IMG/VR virus record: IMGVR_UViG_3300027969_000080
Span: 1 to 64,000 of that record
Reading direction: 5' to 3' (one strand)
Origin: an uncultured virus (IMG/VR IMGVR_UViG_3300027969_000080)
Lineage: Duplodnaviria; Heunggongvirae; Uroviricota; Caudoviricetes
DNA length: 64,000 bases
The notes below the pieces were generated by a model that searched no databases, was not told the DNA's origin, and worked only from the letters and a program-made list of their open reading frames with translations. Within the stretch, counting starts at the first letter, position 1, and each line of letters opens with the position of its first letter. Both the position numbers and the translations under genes were made by a program. This document shows, one piece after another, positions 52,760-63,178 of this stretch.

Positions 52760-53389
52760 TTAACGGTTATATGCTGCGCCAGTCTTTGGCTTTGGTGGCA
52801 TCTTAATAGTACTCATTGGACTTTTATCGCCCATTTTCTTATCATCTAGATATGGCTTGAACGGGTCAAACGAATCTGGTGTTTCTTTTCCTGCGTAAGG
52901 AATATCAATCATACTGTCTTTAGTTTGTTCCTTGATTGATTGTAAATATGAATCACCATATGCTTTGCTTGCTGCTTTAGCATCTGGTTGCTCACCCATT
53001 TTTTCTTGGTCAAGCAATGGGCTATTTTTCATTTCGTCCTCATATCCAGCCATTTCACTATCAACACTTTCATCATAGTCAGTAGATACCATACGCACCA
53101 TGTTAACATTGTAACCACATAGTTGAGCAATCTGTTGTATCATTGGTTCTGTAGCTGGATATCTAAATTCAGCTTTAATCAATGTTACACTTTCATTCTC
53201 TAAATTAGGGAAACCATATGGAGATTTCTGTATTGGGGTACTTTTTGGTTCACTTATTTCCACTGGGTCAAACTTCTTTAGATTGAACTTAAACATATCT
53301 ATAAAGTTTTTATCAATGGTGCCGGCAATTTTGATAGTATAATTGTAAGTATGTATACTTTCCATAATATGTTGTTTAAGGCTTCGCAT
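52760..53389 (-). CDS. hypothetical late protein
   Basis: MRSLKQHIMES start, TPIQ..PYGFPNL. Confidence 0.7.
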   Translation of the reverse strand: MRSLKQHIMESIHTYNYTIKIAGTIDKNFIDMFKFNLKKFDPVEISEPKSTPIQKSPYGFPNLENESVTLIKAEFRYPATEPMIQQIAQLCGYNVNMVRMVSTDYDESVDSEMAGYEDEMKNSPLLDQEKMGEQPDAKAASKAYGDSYLQSIKEQTKDSMIDIPYAGKETPDSFDPFKPYLDDKKMGDKSPMSTIKMPPKPKTGAAYNR

Positions 53390-53419
53390 GTTTTATTCCT
53401 GTATATCTTATTTATCTTT

Positions 53420-53896
53420 TTAAGTGGATTTTGATGCCAACATCTTAAGCAACTCGTTTCTGTCAAGTTCTCTACCTTCTCCTACAGGAGTAGCTTCAAT
53501 CTCTTTCTCTCTACTTGCTTCTTTTTGATCTAATTGTGCTTTCTTTAGCTGTAAATCAATCATCTTTAGCTTCTTATTTAGTTTGGCAGTCTTTGCTGTG
53601 ATTGCATGACCAAGCATAGTTCCAGCGACATTGAATATTTCGCTAGCATATCTACTGTCAACTTGCATCCCTAAGTCCATCAAGTCTTTATAGCTATCTT
53701 GTGCTAGTGTAGCAAGACTATCCATCTCATCATCTGCGGCTTCTAATCCACGTACTTGAGGTAATGCTTGTTCTATTTTTGATAGACTATCTAATGCTTC
53801 AGTGGTGATTTCCTGTGCATTGTCTGGGGTTGGTTTTGCCAAGCTGTCAATATCGTCTTGGGGAAGTTCAAAGAGTTCTTCTAGTTTTTTGGTCAT
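53420..53896 (-). CDS. putative terminase small subunit (gp16-like)
   Basis: helical DSR.ASEIF.VAG.ML...K.K.IDLQ, DRNELLK end; lies among head genes. Confidence 0.45.
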   Translation of the reverse strand: MTKKLEELFELPQDDIDSLAKPTPDNAQEITTEALDSLSKIEQALPQVRGLEAADDEMDSLATLAQDSYKDLMDLGMQVDSRYASEIFNVAGTMLGHAITAKTAKLNKKLKMIDLQLKKAQLDQKEASREKEIEATPVGEGRELDRNELLKMLASKST

Positions 53897-53908
53897 AAAA
53901 GTATTTAG

Positions 53909-54346
53909 TTACTTTCGTGACCCGTTTCTAAAAAGGTCATCTTCTGTGATTACTCTAAAAGAAAAACCTTGCACTTTACAATATGCCATTGCCGATTGCC
54001 ATTTAGCATGGTTTACTGCTACCACAGCCCTATCTCTTGCGCTTGCTACTCTGCTTTCAATCAGACTTTGTTTTTTAGGTTTAATTTCTACAACTTCTGC
54101 TAATTGTTTGCCATACTTGTTTTGATATACAACAAAAAAATCTGGTATATAATTATGAATTTTACCATCTAATGGACTACGATATGGGATAGCCATTGAT
54201 TCACTTGCCCAATGTGTCACGTTTTTATTAGTGTCACAAAAGGTCATGAATGTTAGTTCCCACCCTGATCTATATTTAGGTTTATGCTTACCTACATACT
54301 TTTGTGGGTTTTTAGGAGTAAATATACCTTGTGCCCAATTAGCCAT
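53909..54346 (-). CDS. head completion nuclease (T4 gp4-like, TnsA N-terminal fold)
   Basis: PKNPQKYVG, YRSGWE, WASE, YIPDF, EIKP, NHAKW, ITEDDL. Confidence 0.9.
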   Translation of the reverse strand: MANWAQGIFTPKNPQKYVGKHKPKYRSGWELTFMTFCDTNKNVTHWASESMAIPYRSPLDGKIHNYIPDFFVVYQNKYGKQLAEVVEIKPKKQSLIESRVASARDRAVVAVNHAKWQSAMAYCKVQGFSFRVITEDDLFRNGSRK

Positions 54347-54348
54347 GA

Positions 54349-54714
54349 TTATTGCACAATGTTTCGTGCGACTGATTGATTTGGTCTTGGTAAAACACTA
54401 GTACCATACAGTGTAGTTTTGTTTTTAAAACTATTAAGATAGTATGCAAGTATTTGATTTATTTCCATCTTTTGTTTACCCTTAAGTTGATTTAATAAAT
54501 CAAGAACTGGTATTTGAGTTTGTTGTGAAATTCTGAATAAAATAACAGTAAAATTATCAGCTATATCTACTGAATCACATATTGAAGTAAAGTATGAATG
54601 TACGATATCATACTCATTAGGATTAACTATGAGGTTAAAAGAATAAAACGAATCAAAAATTCTGATTGTTTTATCTATTGAGTTAGATTTACGGTTGTCT
54701 ATTACGCTTGCCAT
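54349..54714 (-). CDS. hypothetical protein
   Basis: 121-aa ORF in the late operon. Confidence 0.7.
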   Translation of the reverse strand: MASVIDNRKSNSIDKTIRIFDSFYSFNLIVNPNEYDIVHSYFTSICDSVDIADNFTVILFRISQQTQIPVLDLLNQLKGKQKMEINQILAYYLNSFKNKTTLYGTSVLPRPNQSVARNIVQ

Positions 54715-54724
54715 ATTTTATTTA

Positions 54725-56050
54725 TCAATCAATAATTTGATTTCTATTTTTACCATATTGTTGGAACGCATAACTAGGAACTTGATATCCAGCTGGTTTG
54801 GCTCCTAATTGTTCAGGGCCTTGTTGTGCGTTTACAGGTTGACTTGCTTTATTTTCTGTTGCAGTAGTTTCACCCGAAGCAGGGAATGTGAATGGATTAT
54901 TTCTAGTATTGCTTTGTTCTACCCCATTTGGCAATCCAGCAACGACTGGCGAAGGTGCTACATTTAATGTATTAGGATTTTTAATTGAATCATACGCAAC
55001 TACACTAGGGTTATTTCTGCCACTACCATACCCATAGCCTACTATTGCTCCTGTACTACTAGTAACTGCGCCGCCTGCACTATCTACTAAATTTTGTGGT
55101 CCGGGAACAGGACCATTTGCACCCTTAGGTGTTATAGTACTTAATCGTCTATCATAGCTTCCGTCATCACCAAATCCAGTAGGTATATTACTTGGATCCC
55201 GCCCATCGATTGCACCTTCGTTATAAACTACTGTTTCATAATCTATGGACATTTGATTTTCCATAGTGCCTGTGTTTTGAGCATAGTCATATGTATCATG
55301 TGTAAATCTTGTTATGATAGGGTTTATTAAAGTATAAGCAGAAAACAGATGACGGTTAAATCCAAAGATAGTGATATTCTTAAAGAAAGGAATTTTAACT
55401 CCATCTGCGTTTTGATTCTCGCCTATATAACCCCAATCAGTGTTCCCTGTATTAGAAGGTTTATATTGTGTTCTATCATTGTATCTAGCTTCAGTTGGAA
55501 TTATTATTGTGCCGCCTCCACCTTGTACTGGGGTGCCACCGGCACCTCTGTTACCGGAAAATACTACTTCAGGAGTTGTACCATCAAAGTAATAATAATT
55601 GTAATATGCTTTCCACAATGCTCTTATAGTTCCGCCTAGATTAGGCGTGCCCAATCCTGAACCATTGTCATCGTGAAATGTAACATCTATTGGATCGTAT
55701 TTGATTTTTGTTTGTACAATTCTCTTACGATTGTACTGATTCAGTATAGCAGTTTCAATATTAAAACTAGGAAGTTTAACTGATTTAACTAGTACGCCGT
55801 AATCATTACTAACTGCGCCCGGAAATGCTTCAGGGTTTATTTTGAAATAAACATGAAATAAGTATTTAAATTTGGGGGCGTTTCGATAATCGCCGTTTTT
55901 AAAGCCAGGGCCACCGCCTCCCCTAAATACTTTACTTGCGTGAGTGTAATCACGCAAGGTAGCTTGCCCGGATGTGGTTTGTCCCGGACGGTTTGGCAAA
56001 ACACGCTGTATATTATTAGGTAGACTATTGTTATTAAAAGTATCAGCCAT
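54725..56050 (-). CDS. tail tube-fold protein (tube initiator/baseplate hub-like)
   Basis: VKSVKLPSF, QYNRKR..Y.PI.VTFHDD; adjacent to the tube gene. Confidence 0.6.
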   Translation of the reverse strand: MADTFNNNSLPNNIQRVLPNRPGQTTSGQATLRDYTHASKVFRGGGGPGFKNGDYRNAPKFKYLFHVYFKINPEAFPGAVSNDYGVLVKSVKLPSFNIETAILNQYNRKRIVQTKIKYDPIDVTFHDDNGSGLGTPNLGGTIRALWKAYYNYYYFDGTTPEVVFSGNRGAGGTPVQGGGGTIIIPTEARYNDRTQYKPSNTGNTDWGYIGENQNADGVKIPFFKNITIFGFNRHLFSAYTLINPIITRFTHDTYDYAQNTGTMENQMSIDYETVVYNEGAIDGRDPSNIPTGFGDDGSYDRRLSTITPKGANGPVPGPQNLVDSAGGAVTSSTGAIVGYGYGSGRNNPSVVAYDSIKNPNTLNVAPSPVVAGLPNGVEQSNTRNNPFTFPASGETTATENKASQPVNAQQGPEQLGAKPAGYQVPSYAFQQYGKNRNQIID

Positions 56051-56071
56051 ATTTAATAGCCAACTAAAATA

Positions 56072-56710
56072 TTATAGACTACCACCAATACCAGTAGCGA
56101 TATCTCCAACTGTTCTCTGAATAGCTTCACCTACACCTACTAGACCGCCACCAGCTGATTGAATTGCATTATCATAGCGTAATGTTAGTGCAATAGTTAC
56201 TGCTTCGTTAGTTGCATAGTTCAATGTGTTATAGTTTGCAGTTTGAATAAAGCAACCATATAATTCCCATGTTTCTAACACAACAGGACCTTGGGTTCCA
56301 TTGCCGCCGTCTAGTATTTCAATATCAGTTTGAAATTTATAATCTTGACCACTAGCTGCACTTGCTTGTTCAACAAAGTCCATTTGCTTCTGTAATTGTT
56401 GTCCTACTAATGCAGACACAGTACCAGATGCATCATCACGAATGTTAATAGCAAGTGTTTGCCATGTTGCTTTACCTGCCAAATACATAGTTGAGTTATA
56501 TACTGGTATTGTTATTTCTTGAAATTGTACTTGTGGTCTAGCGCAGTCAATAACTTGCTTAGTTAAACTTACGGTATCACCAGCAGTTCCAATATTTAAA
56601 AAATTTACTCTGAACCTAAATTGTAGTTTAGGCATTAATAAGCCCTGATTGCCGCCGGCATTATCAGATGCTACTGTCATGTTGAACAATGATTGTGAGG
56701 CTGTTGCCAT
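56072..56710 (-). CDS. tail tube protein (gp19-like)
   Basis: PKLQFRFRV, YLAGK.TW, W.LYGCF; directly downstream of the sheath gene. Confidence 0.8.
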   Translation of the reverse strand: MATASQSLFNMTVASDNAGGNQGLLMPKLQFRFRVNFLNIGTAGDTVSLTKQVIDCARPQVQFQEITIPVYNSTMYLAGKATWQTLAINIRDDASGTVSALVGQQLQKQMDFVEQASAASGQDYKFQTDIEILDGGNGTQGPVVLETWELYGCFIQTANYNTLNYATNEAVTIALTLRYDNAIQSAGGGLVGVGEAIQRTVGDIATGIGGSL

Positions 56711-56772
56711 TTTATGTTTCTCCTGTTAATATTATTTATCTTAAATCAAAGATAACCCCTTTCGGGGTCATC

Positions 56773-59700
56773 TTATAATGCTTTTATCTCACCTGTGTTT
56801 AATACTCTAACTGGAATATAAATGAATTCAGCTGCCTTGACTGGTTCGATTGCAACATCTACCCACAACTCATTCCTATCTATTCTTGCAGGAGTATTGT
56901 TTGATTGATCACAAATTACAAGATAATCATATATGCCTCGTTTTGCAACTAAATCAATCATCAATGTTTGTATTACACCTTGAATCTGATTACGTGTTAA
57001 CGCATCGTTTGGCTCAAATACAAACGGTCTTGACGCTAACTCTAGTTGCCTACGAATATAAGCAATCAATCTAGCAACATTGGTTCTATCTAATGCACTT
57101 TGACTATCGTAACTTGTCTTGTTACCATAATTTAACAATCCAACACCAGTGAAGAATACTAATGGATTGATAAAGTTAATATATAATACATCACGAATTC
57201 CTAAGCGGGTCTTGATAGTTATAAATTCACCTGTAGTACTATCTAAATATCCAATGTTTGTAGCATTGTCAATGTTACCTCTACGTGTACCTGCTGCTGC
57301 TAACCAAGGATACGCAATTGTATCATTGCGTAAGAAAGTACGTAACATCATGTGACTTGGTGGAACTGCAACAATATTACCTGATAAGTCTGAAGTCAAT
57401 CCACTTGGATAGAACAAACCTAAGTAAGTATTGCGTGTTACACAACCTTCTTCACCTGTACTTGTAGCACCAGCTGCATTAGTTGCCCATGCTTGAATTG
57501 CAGTTGCAGTTGCTGGTAATCTCATTGGAGTATCACCTAGTATGTATGCTGTCTCACCGCGATCTGCGTTCAATACAACCATGTTAGGTTGTAGTTCTGG
57601 ATAGTTAGGTGTAGCCATCAAGTTAAAGAAGTTATCTTGATCACGCAAATCAGTATTAGTATCAATTGCTGAACGCAATGCTTTTACAACCATTTGACGT
57701 TGTGCTTTACGACCCATATATGGACTACCATTTGATTGTAAACCACTTACACTTAACCATGTTGCAGTCTCTGTTGGAAGAGGACCATCTGGGTATTTTG
57801 TGCCAGTGAAATAGTTTGATTGATACTCTTTAACATTGTATCCTGAACGGCGTGTGTTGAATAATAACATACCAGTTGGATATAGTGCAGGATCGGGTGC
57901 ATCTAAATCTAAGTAGTCACTAGTTAAAAGACTAGTGATTGTTGGAATAGGATCATCAACCACATTAGTGACGCCATTTGTTGCCCAACGTGCATCAGCA
58001 AACAATACACCAGTTGAACTAGTTTGGTTGCTATTATCAATCAATACCCACATATCTGTTGCACTGACAGTATCATACTGCCAACGACTGATAACTGGGT
58101 AATTTTCTAAATCGCTTGTGTCAATCCACAAGTCACCGTAAACTAATGCAGTGTCATCACTTTGCAAAGTTGGCTCAGTAGCACTAATGATAGGACCATT
58201 TGGATCTGTTGCATTTACGCCTGTAAATGAAGGGAAACCATTATTATCATAATTTATGTTTTTATAACCATTCCATTGACCATTGGCTTGAACCATGATA
58301 TCAACTTCATCAACCACGCTATAGTACCATGGTGTTCCGTTCGCTGGATTTGCAACTGGTGCTATTTCGTTTATCGTGTATGTTAAGTAACCCCAATTAC
58401 TTATTTGTGTATTGAAAACATTATTTGCGTTTCCAGAAACAAAAGTCACCGCAGTTACTCCGCCGCTTCCATTTACTGATACAACTTCTAATACCAAATC
58501 ATTTGTAGTAGTTGAACCTCCTAATAAAGCACCGCTTGTAGTTAATGTATTGCCAACTGAATAACCTGTGCCAGCTGCGGTTACTCCATTTCCAGTAATT
58601 TGATATGTATCAAAAACATTAGTAGAAACTTGAATTGTGCAATTTGAGCCGGCTCCACCTGTTGTTGCTATTCCAGTATAAACATTTGTTTGGGCTGGCC
58701 CTATTTTTGTATAAGCTGTATTTAGAGTATAGTCTAATCCAACTTGAGTTAAAATACCAGCACTTTTACCTTGATTAGCACCTGCAGTTTGAATGTAATC
58801 ATTTAATATGATTTGACCGCCCTCAGTGTGAGTTAATACAATTGCTCCGTCACTGTTGACTTCAGCACTAGTATAGTCTATACTCTGTGCAGACCAAGCT
58901 GTGACAAATTGCGTAGGAGTACAACTATCTGGAATAGTAACTTGATATTGACTTGATAATATGTTACTGTTTGGAATACTTGTTTGTACATATAATACTG
59001 CTGAACCTAAGCTATAGTTTAAATTAACAATAAAATTAGTTTCAGATCCTGTACAGACTGTAGGCCCAGCCGCTAGTTTTGTAAAAATGAACGTAGGAGA
59101 AGTTGACCCAATTCCTACCCCATTTAAATTATTAAATGAATTGTATTGTCCATATATACTTCCAACCGGAACTGCTTGTCCACCAGTAGCATCTAAACTA
59201 GAATCAATATCCCAATCGTCCATTGCTAGATTGACAGTTTGTGCAGTCCATGCAGCAGTCACTGCATTATATTTTGATATAATAGGATTTAAACCAAGAC
59301 CGTTTGACCCAACTTTAATCCAAACTGAACCTGTTGGGTGAGGATATTGTTGACTACTGGTCCATAGTGGCATTTCTGCTGAAGTACCATATTCAACTTT
59401 TGGTTGATAATAAATTCCTGTATCTATACCTAAATCATCTAATACAGTTCCTGTCCCAGTTACAATTTCAAAATATGGATTATCTGTAGTAGGTTGTGAT
59501 GAATATATATTTAATTTACCTGACACAACTGAAGCATTCACGTAACTATACCCTAAATTATTAATTGCTGTTGCAACACCGGCAACATTATTGTTAGTAG
59601 AAGCCGGAACAGTTACTGTAATATTAAATAAATTGTTCACACTTATGATAAAAGTATCGGCTGCGGTTAATGTAGGATTAGAATTTGTTCCTTGCACGGT

Positions 59701-60369
59701 TGGCCAAGAGTTTGCCCAGCTTCTACTACCTAATAATACCCAATTATTACCTATTGATTTATAAAAATATTGATTACCGGCTCCATAGCTTGCACTATAG
59801 TTAGGAACAACACAATAATCACCAATATTTCCAATACTATCTGCTGGATAATTACCTGTCAGATACGCTGTATCATTAATAACTATAGGAGTCTTTACAC
59901 TAAAAGTACCAGTGGTAGCATTAAATTGATAAATGCCCCAAGCACTGGTAGTAATATTTTGCCAGTATTCATTAGCAGTCGGTGCACCAGACGGACGACC
60001 AACTGTACCTACGAACGCGGCTAAATCAATATCTGCTCTCAAGCAGTATACACGATTGGTAACACCAAGTGCAGAATATGCAGCTAATAAGCCATATTCA
60101 TTTAACTCGTAACCTTGAATAGGTGTGCCATTGGTTGTTGTGTAGAAGAAAGGTACCCCATAGAAATCTGCTAAGTCTTTTTGACTTGTGATTTGATATA
60201 GTTTCCCTGCGTTAGCAGCAGTAGTACCAGCAGCTACACCAGTTCCAGAAGGATTTGATTTATTTTGTGCTGTTGCGAAAACTACTAGCGGTACTGAATT
60301 AGTTGCGGCTGGTAAATATTGACTTTGGTCAATGATTGTTACTTGTACGCCTGGAGATGTTAATGCCAT
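56773..60369 (-). CDS. contractile tail sheath protein (gp18-like) with large insertion
   Basis: SPGVQVTIID, PWLAAAGTRRG, INPL, DRTNVARL, FEPND, NNTPARIDRNEL..P.KAAEFI. Confidence 0.93.
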   Translation of the reverse strand: MALTSPGVQVTIIDQSQYLPAATNSVPLVVFATAQNKSNPSGTGVAAGTTAANAGKLYQITSQKDLADFYGVPFFYTTTNGTPIQGYELNEYGLLAAYSALGVTNRVYCLRADIDLAAFVGTVGRPSGAPTANEYWQNITTSAWGIYQFNATTGTFSVKTPIVINDTAYLTGNYPADSIGNIGDYCVVPNYSASYGAGNQYFYKSIGNNWVLLGSRSWANSWPTVQGTNSNPTLTAADTFIISVNNLFNITVTVPASTNNNVAGVATAINNLGYSYVNASVVSGKLNIYSSQPTTDNPYFEIVTGTGTVLDDLGIDTGIYYQPKVEYGTSAEMPLWTSSQQYPHPTGSVWIKVGSNGLGLNPIISKYNAVTAAWTAQTVNLAMDDWDIDSSLDATGGQAVPVGSIYGQYNSFNNLNGVGIGSTSPTFIFTKLAAGPTVCTGSETNFIVNLNYSLGSAVLYVQTSIPNSNILSSQYQVTIPDSCTPTQFVTAWSAQSIDYTSAEVNSDGAIVLTHTEGGQIILNDYIQTAGANQGKSAGILTQVGLDYTLNTAYTKIGPAQTNVYTGIATTGGAGSNCTIQVSTNVFDTYQITGNGVTAAGTGYSVGNTLTTSGALLGGSTTTNDLVLEVVSVNGSGGVTAVTFVSGNANNVFNTQISNWGYLTYTINEIAPVANPANGTPWYYSVVDEVDIMVQANGQWNGYKNINYDNNGFPSFTGVNATDPNGPIISATEPTLQSDDTALVYGDLWIDTSDLENYPVISRWQYDTVSATDMWVLIDNSNQTSSTGVLFADARWATNGVTNVVDDPIPTITSLLTSDYLDLDAPDPALYPTGMLLFNTRRSGYNVKEYQSNYFTGTKYPDGPLPTETATWLSVSGLQSNGSPYMGRKAQRQMVVKALRSAIDTNTDLRDQDNFFNLMATPNYPELQPNMVVLNADRGETAYILGDTPMRLPATATAIQAWATNAAGATSTGEEGCVTRNTYLGLFYPSGLTSDLSGNIVAVPPSHMMLRTFLRNDTIAYPWLAAAGTRRGNIDNATNIGYLDSTTGEFITIKTRLGIRDVLYINFINPLVFFTGVGLLNYGNKTSYDSQSALDRTNVARLIAYIRRQLELASRPFVFEPNDALTRNQIQGVIQTLMIDLVAKRGIYDYLVICDQSNNTPARIDRNELWVDVAIEPVKAAEFIYIPVRVLNTGEIKAL

Positions 60370-60474
60370 TTTATTTTTCCTTTAGTAAAATTATGAGGTT
60401 TACAACCTGATTGCATACTATTATTTATGAATAAATTGAAAAAAGTCGGTATAATAAAACCTTCGAAGGTTAAC

Positions 60475-60482
60475 TATAAATA
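60475..60482 (+). promoter_or_regulatory. T4-type late promoter
   Basis: TATAAATA 4 nt upstream of the ATG at 60487. Confidence 0.6.
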
Positions 60483-60486
60483 CATT

Positions 60487-60840
60487 ATGATACTTCAACG
60501 TCCAATCTGTAAAAAATGTAACAGGAATCATGCGGCCGTAAACTATAAGCGCAATGAAGTCACACATTATAGAAGCATATGTGATGAATGCGGTAAGAAA
60601 AAGAAAAAGCAAAAACCACTCAAAGCTAACTGGACTAAGAGTGGTTACAAGAAAAAAGCCACATGCGATTTATGTGGCTTTAAAAGTCTATATCTATCAC
60701 AGATAACTGTATTTCACATTGATGGGAATCTAGAACACATTGAGCATACTAATCTACGCAGCATATGCTTAAACTGTGTAGAAGTAGTTAAGAAAAAAGA
60801 TGTTACTTGGCGCCGGGGAGACCTTGAGATTGACTATTAA
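60487..60840 (+). CDS. Zn-binding HNH-like protein
   Basis: CKKC, CDEC, CDLCG, VFHIDGN..TNL.SICLNC. Confidence 0.7.
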   Translation: MILQRPICKKCNRNHAAVNYKRNEVTHYRSICDECGKKKKKQKPLKANWTKSGYKKKATCDLCGFKSLYLSQITVFHIDGNLEHIEHTNLRSICLNCVEVVKKKDVTWRRGDLEIDY

Positions 60841-61462
60841 TTATCTCATAAATCTTATTGTGTAAATCGTCAATTGTAGTGTTATTCTCTACGATGAAAT
60901 CGTAGTTTAATCCTATACTACTATACTCGCTAGCATGAATTTTTAGTCTGTCTAACTTAGTTTTACTCACTGACCAACTAGCATTGCCATTTGGTCCTTT
61001 ATTATATGATACCGCAGCATCGTACCATTTAGGATCAGGTCCGCGCTTTACTCGTAGTGCTATTCCGTTTGCATTTTTGATAGCAGCAACCTCATTATCA
61101 AACCTACAGTCTGTGATTACAATATCTTCTTTAGTATTTATTAGCTTGTGTTCTACGCTAGCAACCCAGATATCATTGTGAAAGTGATTGCGACATACGT
61201 CTGTGCCCCAATATTGTAGTACCCACCTTGGTGTGATGTCCATTCCTAGACGATTGCTCCACCACTCGTCACGCTTTTCACGCCATGTTCTACTAGCTTT
61301 TGTCGTACCTTCTAGATATTCTCGGTCCCAACCAAAGACTGCTGCTACTGCATCTTTGAGACTAGCAGCAAAGCTAACTCGTTTAAAACCATGATGTGTT
61401 GTGAGATAGTCGGCAATCGTGTCTTTACCTGAACCAATCAAACCAGTGATGCCAATAATCAT
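60803..61462 (-). CDS. deoxynucleoside monophosphate kinase (gp1-like)
   Basis: IIGITGLIGSGKDT P-loop, SFAASLK, TPRWVLQYWGTD, ITDCRFDNE, HASE. Confidence 0.92.
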   Translation of the reverse strand: MIIGITGLIGSGKDTIADYLTTHHGFKRVSFAASLKDAVAAVFGWDREYLEGTTKASRTWREKRDEWWSNRLGMDITPRWVLQYWGTDVCRNHFHNDIWVASVEHKLINTKEDIVITDCRFDNEVAAIKNANGIALRVKRGPDPKWYDAAVSYNKGPNGNASWSVSKTKLDRLKIHASEYSSIGLNYDFIVENNTTIDDLHNKIYEIINSQSQGLPGAK

Positions 61463-61525
61463 AAAAGAAAACTCCTGTAACATACTTATTATATTACAGT
61501 AATGTGAAAAAGAAAAGAGTTTAGG

Positions 61526-62323
61526 TTAACCTTGTACCCATGTCAATGGCTGACTGTAATCCACATATTTCTTCAATTCTTCGATTAGTAGTTCCATCGC
61601 TGCTTTGCCCTCTGCTTTCATAGCAGTACCGTTCAATGTCGTGCCGCCACCTGGACCGGCGATAGTGCTAAATTTCTCACGGGCTTCACCGATGATTAAT
61701 TTAAGATTAGCTAAGATAAAGTCACCAATCCAAACACCAGCCCCAGGATCCTGCAGTAATATTTCTTCTGTCTTTTGTACGTCAGCCCATATCAATACAC
61801 GCTCACCGGATCCTTTTGGATCACGCACAATACGCAATACTTTAGACACTGGGTTGAATGTGTATGTCACATAACCACCGAACATCCTTGCTGCTAACTC
61901 AACATAACCTGCATAAAAGTCATATGTTGCCATACCACCTGCATAGTTATAGTTCAACAAGTAGGTGTTTAAAATAGCACTGCTGAACGGATCAAAACTG
62001 CTACTTGATGGGCCAGTTTCTAAACCAATCGTTCTACGGAAAATACTACGCACATTGATAAACTCAGCAGGTAGAGTGTAAGTATCTACATTCTTCTCAA
62101 TGGTCATTAGAATATAAGATTCTTCTGTAGCAGCTTGTGCCCGTTGACGATAGACCTTGATAGCGTAGTTGTACGCTGCCTCGTAATGTTGAGGGTCCAA
62201 TTCTAAATCAATAATACCGTCGCCTAAACGAAATGCTATGTTTTTGAAAAGACCTTCTTTTAACTCATCTAAAGTTAGACCAGATGGGGTAGAAAGAGGA
62301 CTAGCGGTTGGATATGTTGACAT
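61526..62323 (-). CDS. neck protein (gp13-like)
   Basis: RLG..IIDLEL, GEAREKF..I.GPGGG.TLNG. Confidence 0.75.
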   Translation of the reverse strand: MSTYPTASPLSTPSGLTLDELKEGLFKNIAFRLGDGIIDLELDPQHYEAAYNYAIKVYRQRAQAATEESYILMTIEKNVDTYTLPAEFINVRSIFRRTIGLETGPSSSSFDPFSSAILNTYLLNYNYAGGMATYDFYAGYVELAARMFGGYVTYTFNPVSKVLRIVRDPKGSGERVLIWADVQKTEEILLQDPGAGVWIGDFILANLKLIIGEAREKFSTIAGPGGGTTLNGTAMKAEGKAAMELLIEELKKYVDYSQPLTWVQG

Positions 62324-62357
62324 AAGTGTTACCTAATAGTATTATTTATCAGGTAAC

Positions 62358-62552
62358 TTATGGATTGGGAGATTTACCCTTCATGAACCTCAAGAAAGGT
62401 ATTTCAGTTTCATCTACAAGCCGTGTTCTACCATCAAGGTGAGTGTATCCGTGTTTTGATTCTTTTTCGCAAACTGGACATAACCACCTTTCACCTAAAT
62501 ATAAGATTAACCAGACATGGCAATCGTCACAACTAGGACGACCTAAACCCAT
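62358..62552 (-). CDS. small Zn-finger-like protein
   Basis: CDDC and CPVC; translationally coupled. Confidence 0.5.
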   Translation of the reverse strand: MGLGRPSCDDCHVWLILYLGERWLCPVCEKESKHGYTHLDGRTRLVDETEIPFLRFMKGKSPNP

Positions 62553-62992
62553 TACAAGTCCCCGTCTTGCCTATTCTCGCTGTAAAATGCATCAAACTGT
62601 CCACCGGGGTAACGTGATTCTAGTTTTCTTACATTCTCAGCAATCACTTCATTAGGATCTAGATTCAATGCACGACATGCATTAATCCAATACCACATAA
62701 CATCGCCTAGTTCCCGTTTCATATGGTAAACAGCATCATCGGTAAGTGCTTTTCCTTGAAAAAGAATCTTCTTGGGCACTTCGATAAACTCACCACTTTC
62801 TGCTGCTAATCCGAAACAGGCTGTAATCAGTAACGGGATGTTAACATCAGGTCCATGTTTCAATTCACCGTCAAACACTTCATAATTAGCATCTAATCGG
62901 TCGCAGGTGTCTATGAACGCAGTCAAACTAACACTGGGGTTACTAGTGACTGCTGCTACAAACTCTTGGTATTTATTTAAATCAATCTTCAT
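62552..62992 (-). CDS. mazG: MazG-like NTP pyrophosphohydrolase
   Basis: GLAAESGEF..KK, RELGDVMWY, ENVRKLESRYP. Confidence 0.88.
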   Translation of the reverse strand: MKIDLNKYQEFVAAVTSNPSVSLTAFIDTCDRLDANYEVFDGELKHGPDVNIPLLITACFGLAAESGEFIEVPKKILFQGKALTDDAVYHMKRELGDVMWYWINACRALNLDPNEVIAENVRKLESRYPGGQFDAFYSENRQDGDL

Positions 62993-63177
62993 ACATAATC
63001 CTTAAACATTTGTTTTCTACCTTCTTCACCTAACGTACTGTTAAAAATTTCATCAGTACGCTGTAGCATTGCACAGGCTAGCATTAGCATTTCTTCCCTA
63101 CTATCAGTCAATTCAATTGACTTGTCAATCAAAACCATTATTTCATCCATTCGGACTTTTACATGTTGTCTATCCAT
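62989..63177 (-). CDS. hypothetical protein
   Basis: coupled small ORF. Confidence 0.6.
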   Translation of the reverse strand: MDRQHVKVRMDEIMVLIDKSIELTDSREEMLMLACAMLQRTDEIFNSTLGEEGRKQMFKDYV

Positions 63178-63178
63178 T

